Source: Nemertoderma westbladi (lineage: Eukaryota; Animalia; Xenacoelomorpha). Taken from it: a stretch of DNA of 37,087 nucleotides. The notes below the pieces were generated by a model. It was not told where the DNA came from. It did no database searches and saw nothing but the letters and a program-made list of their open reading frames with translations. Positions 11,301 through 23,064 of this stretch are shown here, piece after piece; the stretch's first letter is position 1, and each line of letters starts with the position of its first letter. The DNA lies in contig JAUCBJ010003814.1 in NCBI GenBank assembly GCA_032718475.1, positions 1 to 37,087 of the forward strand, given 5' to 3'. The position numbers and the translations under genes were made by a program.

Positions 11301-14300
11301 TGCTTAGAGGATGAGCTGGCCTAATTGGTTGCATGGCCTAATTGGTTGCTAAGAGGATGAGCTGGCTTAATTTGTTGCTAAGAGGATGCGCTAGCCTAAT
11401 TGGTTGCTAAGAGGATGAGCTAGCCTAATTGGTTGCAAGAAGAGGAGCTGGCCTAATTGGTTGCTAAGAGGAGGAGCTGGCCTAATTGGTTGCTAAGATG
11501 AGGAGCTGGCCTAATTGGTTGCTAAGAGGAGGAGCTGGCCTAATTGGTTGCAAGAGGATGACCTGTCCTAATTGGTTGCTAAGAGGAGGAGCTGGCCTAA
11601 ATGGTTGCAAGAGGATGAGCTGGCCTAATTGGTTGCTAAGAGGATGAGCAAGCCTAATTAGTTGCTAAGAGGGTGAGCTAGCCTAATTGGTTGCTAAGAG
11701 GATGAGCTAGCCTAATTGGTTGCTAAGAGGATGAGCTAGCCTAATTGGTTGCTAAGTGGAGGAGCTGGCCTAATTGGTTGCTAAGAGGGTGAGCTAGCCT
11801 AATTGGTTGCTAAGAGGATGAGCTAGCCTAATTGGTTGCTAAGAGGATGAGCTAGCCTAATTGGTTGCTAAGTGGAGGAGCTGGCCTAATTGGTTGCTAA
11901 GAGGATGAGCTAGCCTAATTGGTTGCTAAGAGGATGAGCTAGCCTAATTGGTTGCTAAGTGGAGGAGCTGGCCTAATTGGTTGCTAAGAGGGTGAGCTAG
12001 CCTAATTGGTTGCTAAGAGGATGAGCTAGCCTAATTGGTTGCTAAGAGGATGAGCTAGCCTAATTGGTTGCTAAGTGGAGGAGCTGGCCTAATTGGTTGC
12101 TAAGAGGATGAGCAAGCCTAATTAGTTGCTAAGAGGGTGAGCTAGCCTAATTAGTTGCTAAGAGGGTGAGCTAGCCTAATTGGTTGCTAAGAGGAGGAGC
12201 TAGCCTAATTGGTTGCTAAGAGGATGAGCTAGCCTAATTGGTTGCTAAGAGGATGAGCTAGCCTAATTGGTTGCTAAGAGGATGCGCTAGCCTAATTGGT
12301 TGCTAAGAGGATGAGCTAGCCTAATTGGTTGCAAGAAGAGGAGCTGGCCTAATTGGTTGCTAAGAGGATGAGCTAGCCTAATTGGTTGCTAAGAAGAGGA
12401 GCTAGCCTAATTGGTTGCTAAGAGGAGGAGCTGGCCTAATTGGTTGCTAAGAGGAGGAGCTGGCCTAATTGGTTGCAAGAGGATGAGCTAGCCTAATTGG
12501 TTGCAAGAGGAGGAGCTGGCCTATTTGGTTGCTAAGAGGATGAGCTGGCCTAATTGGTTGCTAAGAGGAGGAGCTGGCCTAATTGGTTGCTAAGAGGATG
12601 AGCTGGCCTAATTGGTTGCTAAGAGGATGAGCTAGCCTAATTGGTTGCTAAGAGGATGAGCTAGCCTAATCGGTTGCTAAGAGGATGAGCTAGCCTAATT
12701 GGTTGCAAGAGGAGGAGCTGGCCTATTTGGTTGCTAAGAGGATGAGCTGGCCTAATTGGTTGCTAAGAGGATGAGCTAGCCTAATCGGTTGCCAAGAGGA
12801 TGAGCTAGCCTAATCGGTTGCTAAGAGGATGAGCTAGCCTAATTGGTTGCTAAGAGGAGGAGCTGGCCTAATTGGTTGCAAGAGGAGGAGCTGGCCTAAT
12901 CGGTTGCTAAGAGGATGAGCTAGCCTAATTGGTTGCTAAGAGGAGGAGCTGGCCTAATTGGTTGCTAAGAGGAGGAGCTGGCCTAATTGGTTGCAAGAGG
13001 AGGAGCTGGCCTATTTGGTTGCTAAGAGGATGAGCTGGCCTAATTGGTTGCTAAGAGGAGGAGCTGGCCTAATTGGTTGCTAAGAGGATGAGCTGGCCTA
13101 ATTGGTTGCTAAGAGGATGAGCTAGCCTAATTGGTTGCTAAGAGGATGAGCTAGCCTAATCGGTTGCCAAGAGGATGAGCTAGCCTAATCGGTTGCTAAG
13201 AGGATGAGCTAGCCTAATTGGTTGCTAAGAGGAGGAGCTGGCCTAATTGGTTGCTAAGAGGAGGAGCTGGCCTAATTGGTTGCAAGAGGATGAGCTGGCC
13301 TAATTGGTTGCTAAGAGGATGAGCTGGCCTAATTGGTTGGTAAGAGGATGACCTGGCCTAATTGGTTGCTAAGAGGATGCGCTAGCTTAATTGGTTGCTA
13401 AGAGGATGAGCTAGCTTAATTGGTTGCTAAGAGGATGAGCTAGCTTAATTGGTTGCTAAGAGGATGAGCTAGCCTTATTGGTTGCAAGAGGATGAGCTGG
13501 CCTAATTGGTTGCTAAGAGGATGGCTAGCCTAATTGATTGCAAGAGGAGGAGCTGGCCTAATTGGTTGCAAGAGGATGAGCTGGCCTAATTGGTTGCTAA
13601 GTGGAGGAGCTGGCCTATTTGGTTGCTAAGAGGATGAGCTAGCCTAATTGATTGCTAAGAGGATGAGCTAGCTTAATTGGTTGCTAAGAGGATGAGCTAG
13701 CCTTATTGGTTGCAAGAGGATGAGCTGGCCTAATTGGTTGCTAAGAGGATGGCTAGCCTAATTGATTGCTAAGAGGAGGAGCTGGCCTAATTGGTTGCAA
13801 GAGGATGAGCTGGCCTAATTGGTTGCTAAGAGGAGGAGCTGGCCTAATTGGTTGCAAGAGGATGAGCTGGCCTAATTGGTTGCTAAGAGGAGGAGCTGGC
13901 CTAATTGGTTGCTAAGAGGTTGAGCTAGCCTAATTGGTTGCTAAGAGGAGGAGCTGGCCTAATTGGTTGCTAAGAGGTTGAGCTAGCCTAATTGGTTGCT
14001 AAGAGGATGAGCTAGCCTTATTGGTTGCAAGAGGATGAGCTGGCCTAATTGGTTGCTAAGAGGATGCGCTAGCTTAATTGGTTGCTAAGAGGATGAGCTA
14101 GCCTTATTGGTTGCAAGAGGATGAGCTTGCCTAATTGGTTGCTAAGAGGATGGCTAGCCTAATTGGTTGCAAGAGGATGAGCTAGCCTAATTGGTTGCTA
14201 AGAGGAGGAGCTGGCCTAATTGGTTGCTAAGAGGTTGAGCTAGCCTAATTGGTTGCTAAGAGGATGAGCTGGCCTAATTGGTTGCTAAGAGGAGGAGCTG

Positions 14301-17300
14301 GCCTAATTGGTTGCTAAGAGGATGAGCTAGCGTAATTGGTTGTTAAGAGGAGGAGCTGGCCTAATTGGTTGCTAAGAGGATGAGCTACCCTAATTGGTTG
14401 CTAAGAGGATGAGCTGGCCTAATTGGTTGCTAAGAGGAGGAGCTGGCCTATTTGGTTGCTAAGAGGATGAGCTGGCCTAATTGGTTGCTAAGAGGATGAG
14501 CTGGCCTAATTGGTTGCAAGAGGATGAGCTGGCCTAATTGGTTGCTAAGAGGATGAGCTGGCCTAATTGGTTGCTAAGAGGATGAGCTGGCCTAATTGGT
14601 TGCAAGAGGATGAGCTGGCCTAATTGGTTGCTAAGAGGATGAGCTGGCCTAATTGGTTGCTAAGAGGATGAGCTGGCCTAATTGGTTGCAAGAGGATGAG
14701 CTGGCCTAATTGGTTGCAAGAGGATGAGCTGGCCTATTTGGTTGCTAAGAGGATGAGCTGGCCTAATTGGTTGCTAAGAGGATGAGCTGGCCTAATTGGT
14801 TGCTAAGAGGATGAGCTGGCCTAATTGGTTGCAAGAGGATGAGCTGGCCTAATTGGTTGCTAAGAGGATGAACTGGCCTAATTGGTTGCTAAGAGGATGA
14901 GCTGGCCTAATTGGTTGCAAGAGGATGAGCTGGCCTAATTGGTTGCAAGAGGATGAGCTGGCCTAATTGGTTGCTAAGAGGATGAGCTGGCCTAATTGGT
15001 TGCTAAGAGGATGAGCTGGCCTAATTGGTTGCTAAGAGGATGAGCTAGCCTAATTGGTTGCTAAGAGGATGAGCTAGCCTAATTGGTTGCAAGAGGAGGA
15101 GCTGGCCTAATTGGTTGCTAAGAGGATGAGCTAGCCTAATTGGTTTCTAAGTGGAGGAGCTAGCCTAATTGGTTGCAAGAGGAGGAGCTGGCCTAATTGG
15201 TTGCTAAGAGGATGAGCTAGCCTAATTGGTTGCAAGAGGAGGAGCTGGCCTAATTGGTTGCTAAGAGGATGAGCTAGCCTAATTGGTTGCAAGAGGAGGA
15301 GCTGGCCTAATTGGCTGCTAAGAGGATGAGCTAGCCTAATTGGTTGCAAGAGGAGGAGCTGGCCTAATTGGTTGCTAAGAGGATGAGCTGGCCTAATTGG
15401 TGGCTAAGAGGATGCGCTAGCCTAATTGGTTGCTAAGAGGATGAGATACCCTAATTGGTTGCTAAGAGGATGAGCTGGCCTAATTGGTGGCTAAGAGGAT
15501 GCGCTAGCCTAATTGGTTGCTAAGAGGATGAGATACCCTAATTAGTTGCTAAGAGGATGAGCTAGCCTAATTGGTTTCTAAGTGGAGGAGCTAGCCTAAT
15601 TGGTTGCAAGAGGAGGAGCTGGCCTAATTGGTTGCTAAGAGGATGAGCTAGCCTAATTGGTTGCAAGAGGAGGAGCTAGCCTAATTGGTTGCTAGAGGAT
15701 GAGCTGGCCTAATTGGTTGCTAAGAGGATGAGCTAGCCTAATTGGTTGCTAAGAGGATGAGCTGGCCTAATTGGTGGCTAAGAGGATGCGCTAGCCTAAT
15801 TGGTTGCTAAGAGGAGGAGCTAGCCTAATTGGTTGCTAAGAGGAGGAGCTGGCCTAATTGGTTGCAAGAGGATGAGCTGGCCTAATTGGTTGCTAAGAGG
15901 AGGAGCTGGCCTAATTGGTTGCAAGAGGATGAGCTGGCCTAATTGGTTGCTAAGAGGAGGAGCTGGCCTAATTGGTTGCTAAGAGGAGGAGCTGGCCTAA
16001 TTGGTTGCAAGAGGATGAGCTGGCCTAATTGGTTGCTAAGAGGAGGAGCTGGCCTAATTGGTTGCTAAGAGGATGAGCTAGCCTAATTGGTTTCTAAGAG
16101 GAGGAGCTGGCCTAATTGGTTGCTAAAAGGAGGAGCTGGCCTAATTGGTTGCTAAGAGGAGGAGCTAGCCTAATTGGTTACAAGAGGAGGAGCTGGCCTA
16201 ATTGGTTGCAAGAGGATGAGCTACCCTAATTGGTTGCTAAGAGGAGGAGCTGGCCTAATTGGTTGCTAAAAGGAGGAGCTGGCCTAATTGGTTGCTAAGA
16301 GGAGGAGCTAGCCTAATTGGTTACAAGAGGAGGAGCTGGCCTAATTGGTTGCTTAGAGGAGGAGCTAGCCTAATTGGTTGCTAAGAGGATGAGCTGGCCT
16401 AATTGGTTGCTAAGAGGATGCGCTAGCCTAATTGGTTGCTAAGAGGATGATATACCCTAATTGGTTGCTAAGAGGATGAGCTAGCCTAATTGGTTGCTAA
16501 GAGGATGAGCTAGCCTAATTGGTTGCTAAGAGAAGGAGCTGGCCTAATTGGTTGCTAAGAGGGGGAGCTGGCCTAATTGGTTGCAAGAGGATGAGCTGGC
16601 CTAATTGGTTGCTAAGAGGATGAGCTAGCCTAATTGGTTACAAGAGGATGAGCTAGCCTAATTGGTTACAAGAGGATGAGCTAGCCTAATTGGTTTCTAA
16701 GAGGATGAGCTAGCCTAATTGGTTGCTAAAAGGAGGAGCTGGCCTAATTGGTTGCTAAGAGGAGGAGCTAGCCTAATTGGTTACAAGAGGATGAGCTGGC
16801 CTAATTGGTTGCTAAGAGGATGCGCTAGCCTAATTGGTTGCTAAGAGGATGATATACCCTAATTGGTTGCTAAGAGGATGAGCTAGCCTAATTGGTTGCT
16901 AAGAGGATGAGCTAGCCTAATTGGTTGCTAAGAGAAGGAGCTGGCCTAATTGGTTGCTAAGAGGGGGAGCTGGCCTAATTGGTTGCAAGAGGATGAGCTG
17001 GCCTAATTGGTTGCTAAGACGATGAGCTAGCCTAATTAGTTGCTAAGGGGATGAGAGGCCTAATTGGTTGCTAAGAGGAGGAGCTAGCCTAATTGGTTGC
17101 TAAGTGGAGGAGCTGGCCTAATTGGTTGCAAGAGGAGGAGCTGGCCTAATTGGTTGCTAAGAGGAGGAGCTGGCCTAATTGGTTGCTAAGAGGATGAGCT
17201 AGCCTAATTGGTTGCTAAGAGGATGAGCTAGCCTAATTGGTTGCTAAGAGGATGAGATACCCTAATTGGTTGCTAAGAGGATGAGCTAGCCTAATTGGTT

Positions 17301-19088
17301 GCTAAGAGGATGAGCTAGCCTAATTGATTGTTAAGAGGATGAGCTGGCCTAATTGGTTACTAAGAGGAGGAGCTGGCCTAATTGGTTGCTAAGAGGAGGA
17401 GCTGGCCTAATTGGTTGCTAAGGGGATGAGAGGCCTAATTGGTTGCTAAGGGGATGAGAGGCCTAATTGGTTGCTAAGAGGATGAGCTGGCCTAATTGGT
17501 TGCTAAGAGGATGAGATACCCTAATTGGTTGCTAAGAGGATGAGCTAGCCTAATTGGTTGCTAAGAGGATGAGCTAGCCTAATTGATTGTTAAGAGGATG
17601 AGCTGGCCTAATTGGTTACTAAGAGGAGGAGCTGGCCTAATTGGTTGCTAAGAGGAGGAGCTGGCCTAATTGGTTGCTAAGGGGATGAGAGGCCTAATTG
17701 GTTGCTAAGGGGATGAGAGGCCTAATTGGTTGCTAAGAGGATGAGCTAGCCTTATTGGTTGCAAGAGGATGAGCTGGCCTAATTGGTTGCTAAGAGGATG
17801 AGCTGGCCTAATTGGTTGCTAAGAGGAGGAGCTGGCCTAATTGGTTGCTAAGAGGATGAGATACCCTAATTGGTTGCTAAGAGGAGGAGCTGGCCTAATT
17901 GGTTGCTAAGGGGATGAGAGGCCTAATTGGTTGCTAAGAGGAGGAGCTGGCCTAATTGGTTGCTAAGAGGATGAGCTAGCCTAATTAGTTGCTAAGGGGA
18001 TGAGAGGCCTAATTGGTTGCTAAGAGGAGGAGCTGGCCTAATTGGTTGCAAGAGGATGAGCTGGCCTAATTGGTTGCTAAGAGGAGGAGCTGGCCTAATT
18101 GGTTGCTAAGAGGATGAGATACCCTAATTGGTTGCTAAGAGGAGGAGCTAGCCTAATTGGTTGCTAGAGGATGAGCTGGCCTAATTGGTTGTTAAGAGGA
18201 TGAGATGAGCCAGCCTAATTGGTTGCTAAGAGGATGAGCTGGCCTAATTGGTTGCTAAGAGGATGCGCTAGCCTAATTGGTTGCAAGAGGAGGAGCTGGC
18301 CTAATTGGTTGCTAAGAGGAGGAGCTGGCCTAATTGGTTGCTAAGAGGAGGAGCTGGCCTAATTGGTTGCTAAGAGGATGAGATACCCTAATTGGTTGCT
18401 AAGAGGATGAGCTAGCCTAATTGGTTGCTAGAGGATGAGCTGGCCTATTTGGTTGCTAAGTGGAGGAGCTGGCCTAATGGTTTGCTAAGAGGATGAGATG
18501 CCCTAATTGGTTGTTAAGAGGATGAGCTAGCCTAATTGGTTGCTAGAGGATGAGCTGGCCTATTTGGTTGCTAAGTGGAGGAGCTGGCCTAATGGTTTGC
18601 TAAGAGGATGAGATGCCCTAATTGGTTGTTAAGAGGATGCGCTAGCCTAATTGGTTGCAAGAGGAGGAGCTGGCCTAATTGGTTGCTAAGAGGAGGAGCT
18701 GGCCTAATTGGTTGCTAAGAGGAGGAGCTAGCCTAATTGGTTGCTAAGAGGATGAGCTGGCCTATTTGGTTGCTAAGTGGAGGAGCTGGCCTAATGGTTT
18801 GCTAAGAGGATGAGATGCCCTAATTGGTTGTTAAGAGGATGCGCTAGCCTAATTGGTTGCTAGAGGATGAGCTGGCCTAATTGGTTGTTAAGAGGATGAG
18901 ATGAGCCAGCCTAATTGGTTGCTAAGAGGATGAGCTGGCCTAATTGGTTGCTAAGAGGATGCGCTAGCCTAATTGGTTGCTAAGTGGAGGAGCTGGCCTA
19001 ATGGTTTGCTAAGAGGATGAGATGCCCTAATTGGTTGTTAAGAGGATGAGCTAGCCTAATTGGTTGCTAAGAGGATGAGCTGGCCTAA
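5317..19088. repeat. Satellite array of ~13.8 kb with a 29-bp unit (28-bp variant), roughly 475 copies
   Basis: Consensus GCTAAGAGGA(T/G)GAGCT(A/G)GCCTAATTGGTT repeated head to tail. A common variant lacks one T (GCAAG). Copy number estimated as length divided by unit. Confidence 0.99.
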
Positions 19089-19579
19089 CAGGCGACGACA
19101 GACGACGACATTAGGCAACTCGCCAATGGCACCCATATGTTAAGGCTTCGCTCACTTCGTGGCTCGCCCCACATGGTCTTGATCGTGGGGGTGGTCCACC
19201 GAACAGTTACGAATTTTAGACTAAAGAAGACAATTGTTTAAATTATATTGTTTAATTGATAATATGATACTCACATTGCACTTATACAGTAAGATATACA
19301 GTATATTGTATAATTACAACATTAAAAGTTAAGTTACAATAATACTTTGGACAATGGCGTGGCTAGTATTATAGCCCAATGTATTGTCTGGGAGTGCCGG
19401 GCAGGTAGGGGTGGTGTGCAGTGCTTGCAAAAAAAGGGGTGGGGGATATTACTATTATGTGGATTGTGAGGTGAGGGATTATGGGGCGAGCGATGAAAGT
19501 AAGCGAGCTTAGCATACAGGTACCACGAACTCAATCGGTGGGTCTTTTATTCTGTTGATCTGTTGATATCCTTGCTTTA

Positions 19580-19949
19580 AGGCCTCTTTACACGTGGCAA
19601 CTTTTAGAGCAACTTTCTCGGCAACTTTTAGAGCAAACCAGGTTGCCGATCAAGTTGCTCCGTGTAAACACGTAAGTTGCTGAAAAAAATTGCCGTAAAA
19701 TTTGCTCAACTTTTACGGCAACTTGAAGGAATTTGCGTTGGCGAATTAAAGCGGGATAATCAAATTAAATTATCAAAAACTAGCTAGTAGATAAAATGAC
19801 CCACTATTTTACAGTTAAACTCGCCAAGTTGCTCTAAAAGTTGCTGGTAAAGTTGCCACTTGTAAACAGCGATTAAATTAATTTGCTCCAAAAAAGTTGC
19901 TAGTTTGCCGAGAAAGTTGATCTAAATGTTTCCACGTGTAAACAGACCT
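19580..19949. mobile_element. PIF/Harbinger (Tourist-like) MITE, 370 bp
   Basis: Imperfect ~45-bp TIRs: left AGGCCTCTTTACACGTGGCAACTTTTAGAGCAACTTTCTCGGCAA versus reverse complement of the right end AGGTCTGTTTACACGTGGAAACATTTAGATCAACTTTCTCGGCAA. 3-bp TSD TTA at 19577-19579 and 19950-19952. Internal GCAACTT/AAGTTGC repeats. Confidence 0.9.
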
Positions 19950-20253
19950 TTAGGGGTAGAATAGCCTACGTTGATAGTTAGACGTAAAGGATAATATATT
20001 ATTTGTTAAATAAGTTAAATTTGTATAAGTTACTGTATAATGTACAATGCTCTATATGTATATTACATGTTCTCATACTGTATAATATTAATATTGATGT
20101 TTCAATATTTACAAAGTATAATAATTCTAATAAAAATATGTATGGTAGAAAAATACATTATTGCGTTTTTCCTTTCTCTCTGCGTTTTTCCTCCCTCTCT
20201 GGTTGTTTTTCCGCGTAATTCTTTTCCCCCCTTGTTTACAGTCTGTTTTACCC

Positions 20254-20326
20254 CAGCCCTAGCTCAGTTGGCAGAGCGTGTGACTTGGAATCTCTAGGTA
20301 CCTAGTTCAATCCCAAATTCCGGTGA
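20254..20326 (+). mobile_element. tRNA-derived SINE head or tRNA pseudogene
   Basis: Pol III A box TAGCTCAGTTGG (20260-20271) and B-box-like AGTTCAATCCC (20304-20314) at tRNA spacing. The acceptor and anticodon stems do not pair, so this is not a functional tRNA. Confidence 0.7.
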
Positions 20327-20769
20327 ATGTTTTTTTGTTGTAAGATTGGTAGTAAGCCATTCCAGGAGACCTACCTGGGAGGTTACCTTACGCCGCGGAA
20401 TTGATAGCCTCGTTGCTTTTCGTCATCGTCTCCGTTCACACAAAAACAGCGAAGACGGCACCAAAAGGGCGCATAACGTATTGGTAAGACAAACCAATAC
20501 AGAAAGATATTGATGAAAAATTGCTATTAATTAGTTTTTTTTTATATTACCATAAAGTCGATAATTTTTTGTACCGGTTTTGTGAGGACGCGGAAAGAAT
20601 TAGCCTGATTTCGATAAACCTCAGATTAACCCCCAACTTTCAGGGAGTGACGAAAATGTTATTATTTAAGTAGCGAGGTACATGTATATATCATTGTCGT
20701 ATTGCCCCCCCCCCCCCCCCTGACTATAATATGTAACATTATGTCACGTGTAGTTTCATCGTTCCCTAG

Positions 20770-20944
20770 AGAACCAACATCTCTACACTACTGGGGCCCC
20801 TACCACGCCAACCAATACGTTCTGGCGCTCCGATCTGTAGGAGAAATCATCGAGAGTTACGATAGCGATAAACGATTCCCTTGCTATGGTTTCGGTGCGG
20901 TATACGATACTGACACCAGTGACGTCAGCCATCAATTTAATTTG
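20770..20944 (+). CDS. CPNE: Copine family protein, first visible internal coding exon (start of vWA domain)
   Basis: Encodes (R)EPTSLHYWGPYHANQYVLALRSVGEIIESYDSDKRFPCYGFGA...VSHQFNL, a typical copine block. Acceptor TTTCATCGTTCCCTAG ends at 20769 (alternative AG at 20752-20753). Donor GTTAGT at 20945, phase 0. The paralog cannot be assigned. Confidence 0.9.
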
Positions 20945-21028
20945 GTTAGTTTTATCGGATAATTATAATATATAAATAATAAATAACTTTATTCAAAAAC
21001 TTATATATTATTTAACTCAGGTAGATTT

Positions 21029-21552
21029 ACTACTACTACTACTAGATCGAGCGAACTCGGACAGTGGAAATGAGATCCTTCCAGGCTTCCCGATTCTCCA
21101 ACTACTACTAGAGCGAGCGAACTCGGACAGTGGAAATGAGATCCTTCCAGGCTTCCCGATTCTCCATAGTTGTCGCAATTTCTTTACTCCCAAGTTCAGT
21201 ATCCCTTTCAAGTTGATCTATATATGTTATGGCCGGTCATCCACGACTACGCTTTCCATGAGTTGGTTGCCAGAGAAGTAGATCTGGTATGACCTCGTCT
21301 TTACTTCGCCAGCAGTGCCCACTGAATCTTAATCTGCGTTCACGGAGGGTGGTTGATACAGGTGGTATTGTACCATAAAGCTCGGCGTTTGTCATGTGTT
21401 GTCTCCAGCTGATGTTTAGGGCTGCCCTTAGTAGTCTTGTGTAGCAACCATCAATTTGTTGTTCAAGTGATTTAGTCAGTGTCCAGGTCTCACCCCCGTA
21501 TAAAAATACACTTTCCACTGTGGCTCGAAAGAACTTAGTCTTCAGGTGCCTA
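21029..21552 (-). mobile_element. RTE-clade LINE, 3' portion with (TAG)n tail
   Basis: TKFFRATVESVFLYGGETWTLTK...IDGCYTRLLRAALNISW...RERRLRFSGHCWRS, ending ...MENREAWKDLISTVRVRSL* followed directly by TAG repeats. The terminal 66 bp are duplicated. Confidence 0.9.
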
Positions 21553-23064
21553 GATAGATAGATAGATTTATTTATACATTATGTAAAAACAATAACAAAT
21601 ACACCAAACAATGTACCGGTATAAAGGTATTGTCCAACATAACATATAGGATTACCCCTAAAGCTTTGCAGCTTATTTCCAAGGGGGTCCTTTATGTTAC
21701 TTGGTTACAAATACAATATTACACTACGCTAACCTAAAACCAATATAAAACGTAATTACACTATGTACATGTACAACTTTACCAAGAGCGTGACAATGTC
21801 CGACTCAACGATAAAGATGTAATGTACAGAACAATTTATTATAAAACGTAATTACAGTATAAATAGTAAATAATTAATAAACTAATAACTTACTGTAGGA
21901 CTATTGTACCTAATTTTACATTGCACACGGAGGTGAGATTTAACTGCAGATTTAAAAGAATGTTGATTATCTAGGTTTTTAATTTCATTAGGCAGAGCGT
22001 TCCAATTTTTAATGCCGTTAAAAAAGAAAGTATCAGATTCAAAGGATTTACAATTCGGGAGGTAGAAGTTTGATGCACTAGCTCTGGTACTGTAAGAGTG
22101 TGTATCGCGTACTCTGTTGAATTTTTGTTTTAGGTAATTGGGACATTTACCATTATACACTTTATGCACATGGTTAAGACGTAGCTGCTTAACTCTACTA
22201 TCTAAGTTAAGTAGTCCAGATTCAGAAAAGTCATCTGGAGTTAGGTGGTGCCTAGGTTTCTAGTCTTTAATAAATCGTACTACTTTATTCTGAGCTACTT
22301 GTAATTTACATTTAAGCTGTTTGGTTAAGCCTTCATACCAAGTAGAGCATGCATAGTCCATGTGACACTGTTTTAAAGAAGAGCAAAGTAACTTGCGGGA
22401 GTCGGTGTTTAAACTATTTTTATTTCTGTATAGAAACCTAAGCCTACTTTAACTTTCGAGAAAATATTTTCCACTGTGCTTTCTCCTGATAAGCAGTTAT
22501 CCAATGTGGCGCCTAAATATTTAACTTCCTTTTTATTTTCAATCTTATGTCCATTTCTAGTGACTTCAAACTTAGTTACCTTCTTTAACTTTCTTTTGGA
22601 ACCAAACAAAATACTTTCAGTCTTACCGTAGCGAATGGATAGCTTATTATCAACCAACCACTCATTACAGGATTCTAGAACTGCACTTAACTTTTGGGAA
22701 ATATGGATAGGATCTTTATGAGAGAAAATAAGAGCACTGTCGTCGGCATATAAAATGAGTTTAAAGTTAACTACTTATCATATCATTTACATAGCATACA
22801 AAAAGCAGAGGACCTAATATACTACCTTGCGGTACACCACAGGTAATCTCTTGTACAGTAGACTGCGATTTGCTAATAACTACAGTTTGACCTCTGTCTG
22901 ACAGGTAGGACTTGAACCAGTCTATAGAACCTACACCCATCAGGCCTAACTTACTAAGCAGAATTTCGTGATCTACAGTGTCGAAGGCCTTTTGTAGGTC
23001 CAACATTACCATACCAGTATATAAACCCTTTGCGTTATTACATCTAATTGTATCAGTTAAGTGG
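21553..23064 (-). mobile_element. 5'-truncated CR1-group LINE (Crack/L2-like) nested inside the RTE element
   Basis: RT fragments [33 protein letters not shown] (~22740-22751), GKTESILFGS, VKYLG, WNALPNEIK, with stops and frameshifts. 3' UTR stem-loop region at ~21650-21690, then AATAAA and a (CTAT)n tail at ~21553-21575. Confidence 0.88.

Noticed and set aside
5317-19088. CRISPR array interpretation, and the ORFs at 7397, 9410 and 15131
   Set aside because: Units are contiguous with no unique spacers and there are no cas genes. The ORFs are chance stop-free runs of the satellite.
20003-20297. Short AT-rich ORFs here and at 4108-4464, 5029-5211 and 36310-36510
   Set aside because: Low-complexity or MITE/SINE-derived sequence with no coding signature.
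20254-20326. Functional tRNA (TGG at the anticodon position)
   Set aside because: The acceptor, anticodon and T stems do not pair; only the A and B boxes remain.
20705-20720. Poly-C run (also ~28515-28535, and poly-G at ~24156-24169)
   Set aside because: Simple homopolymers whose lengths are error-prone; no functional evidence.
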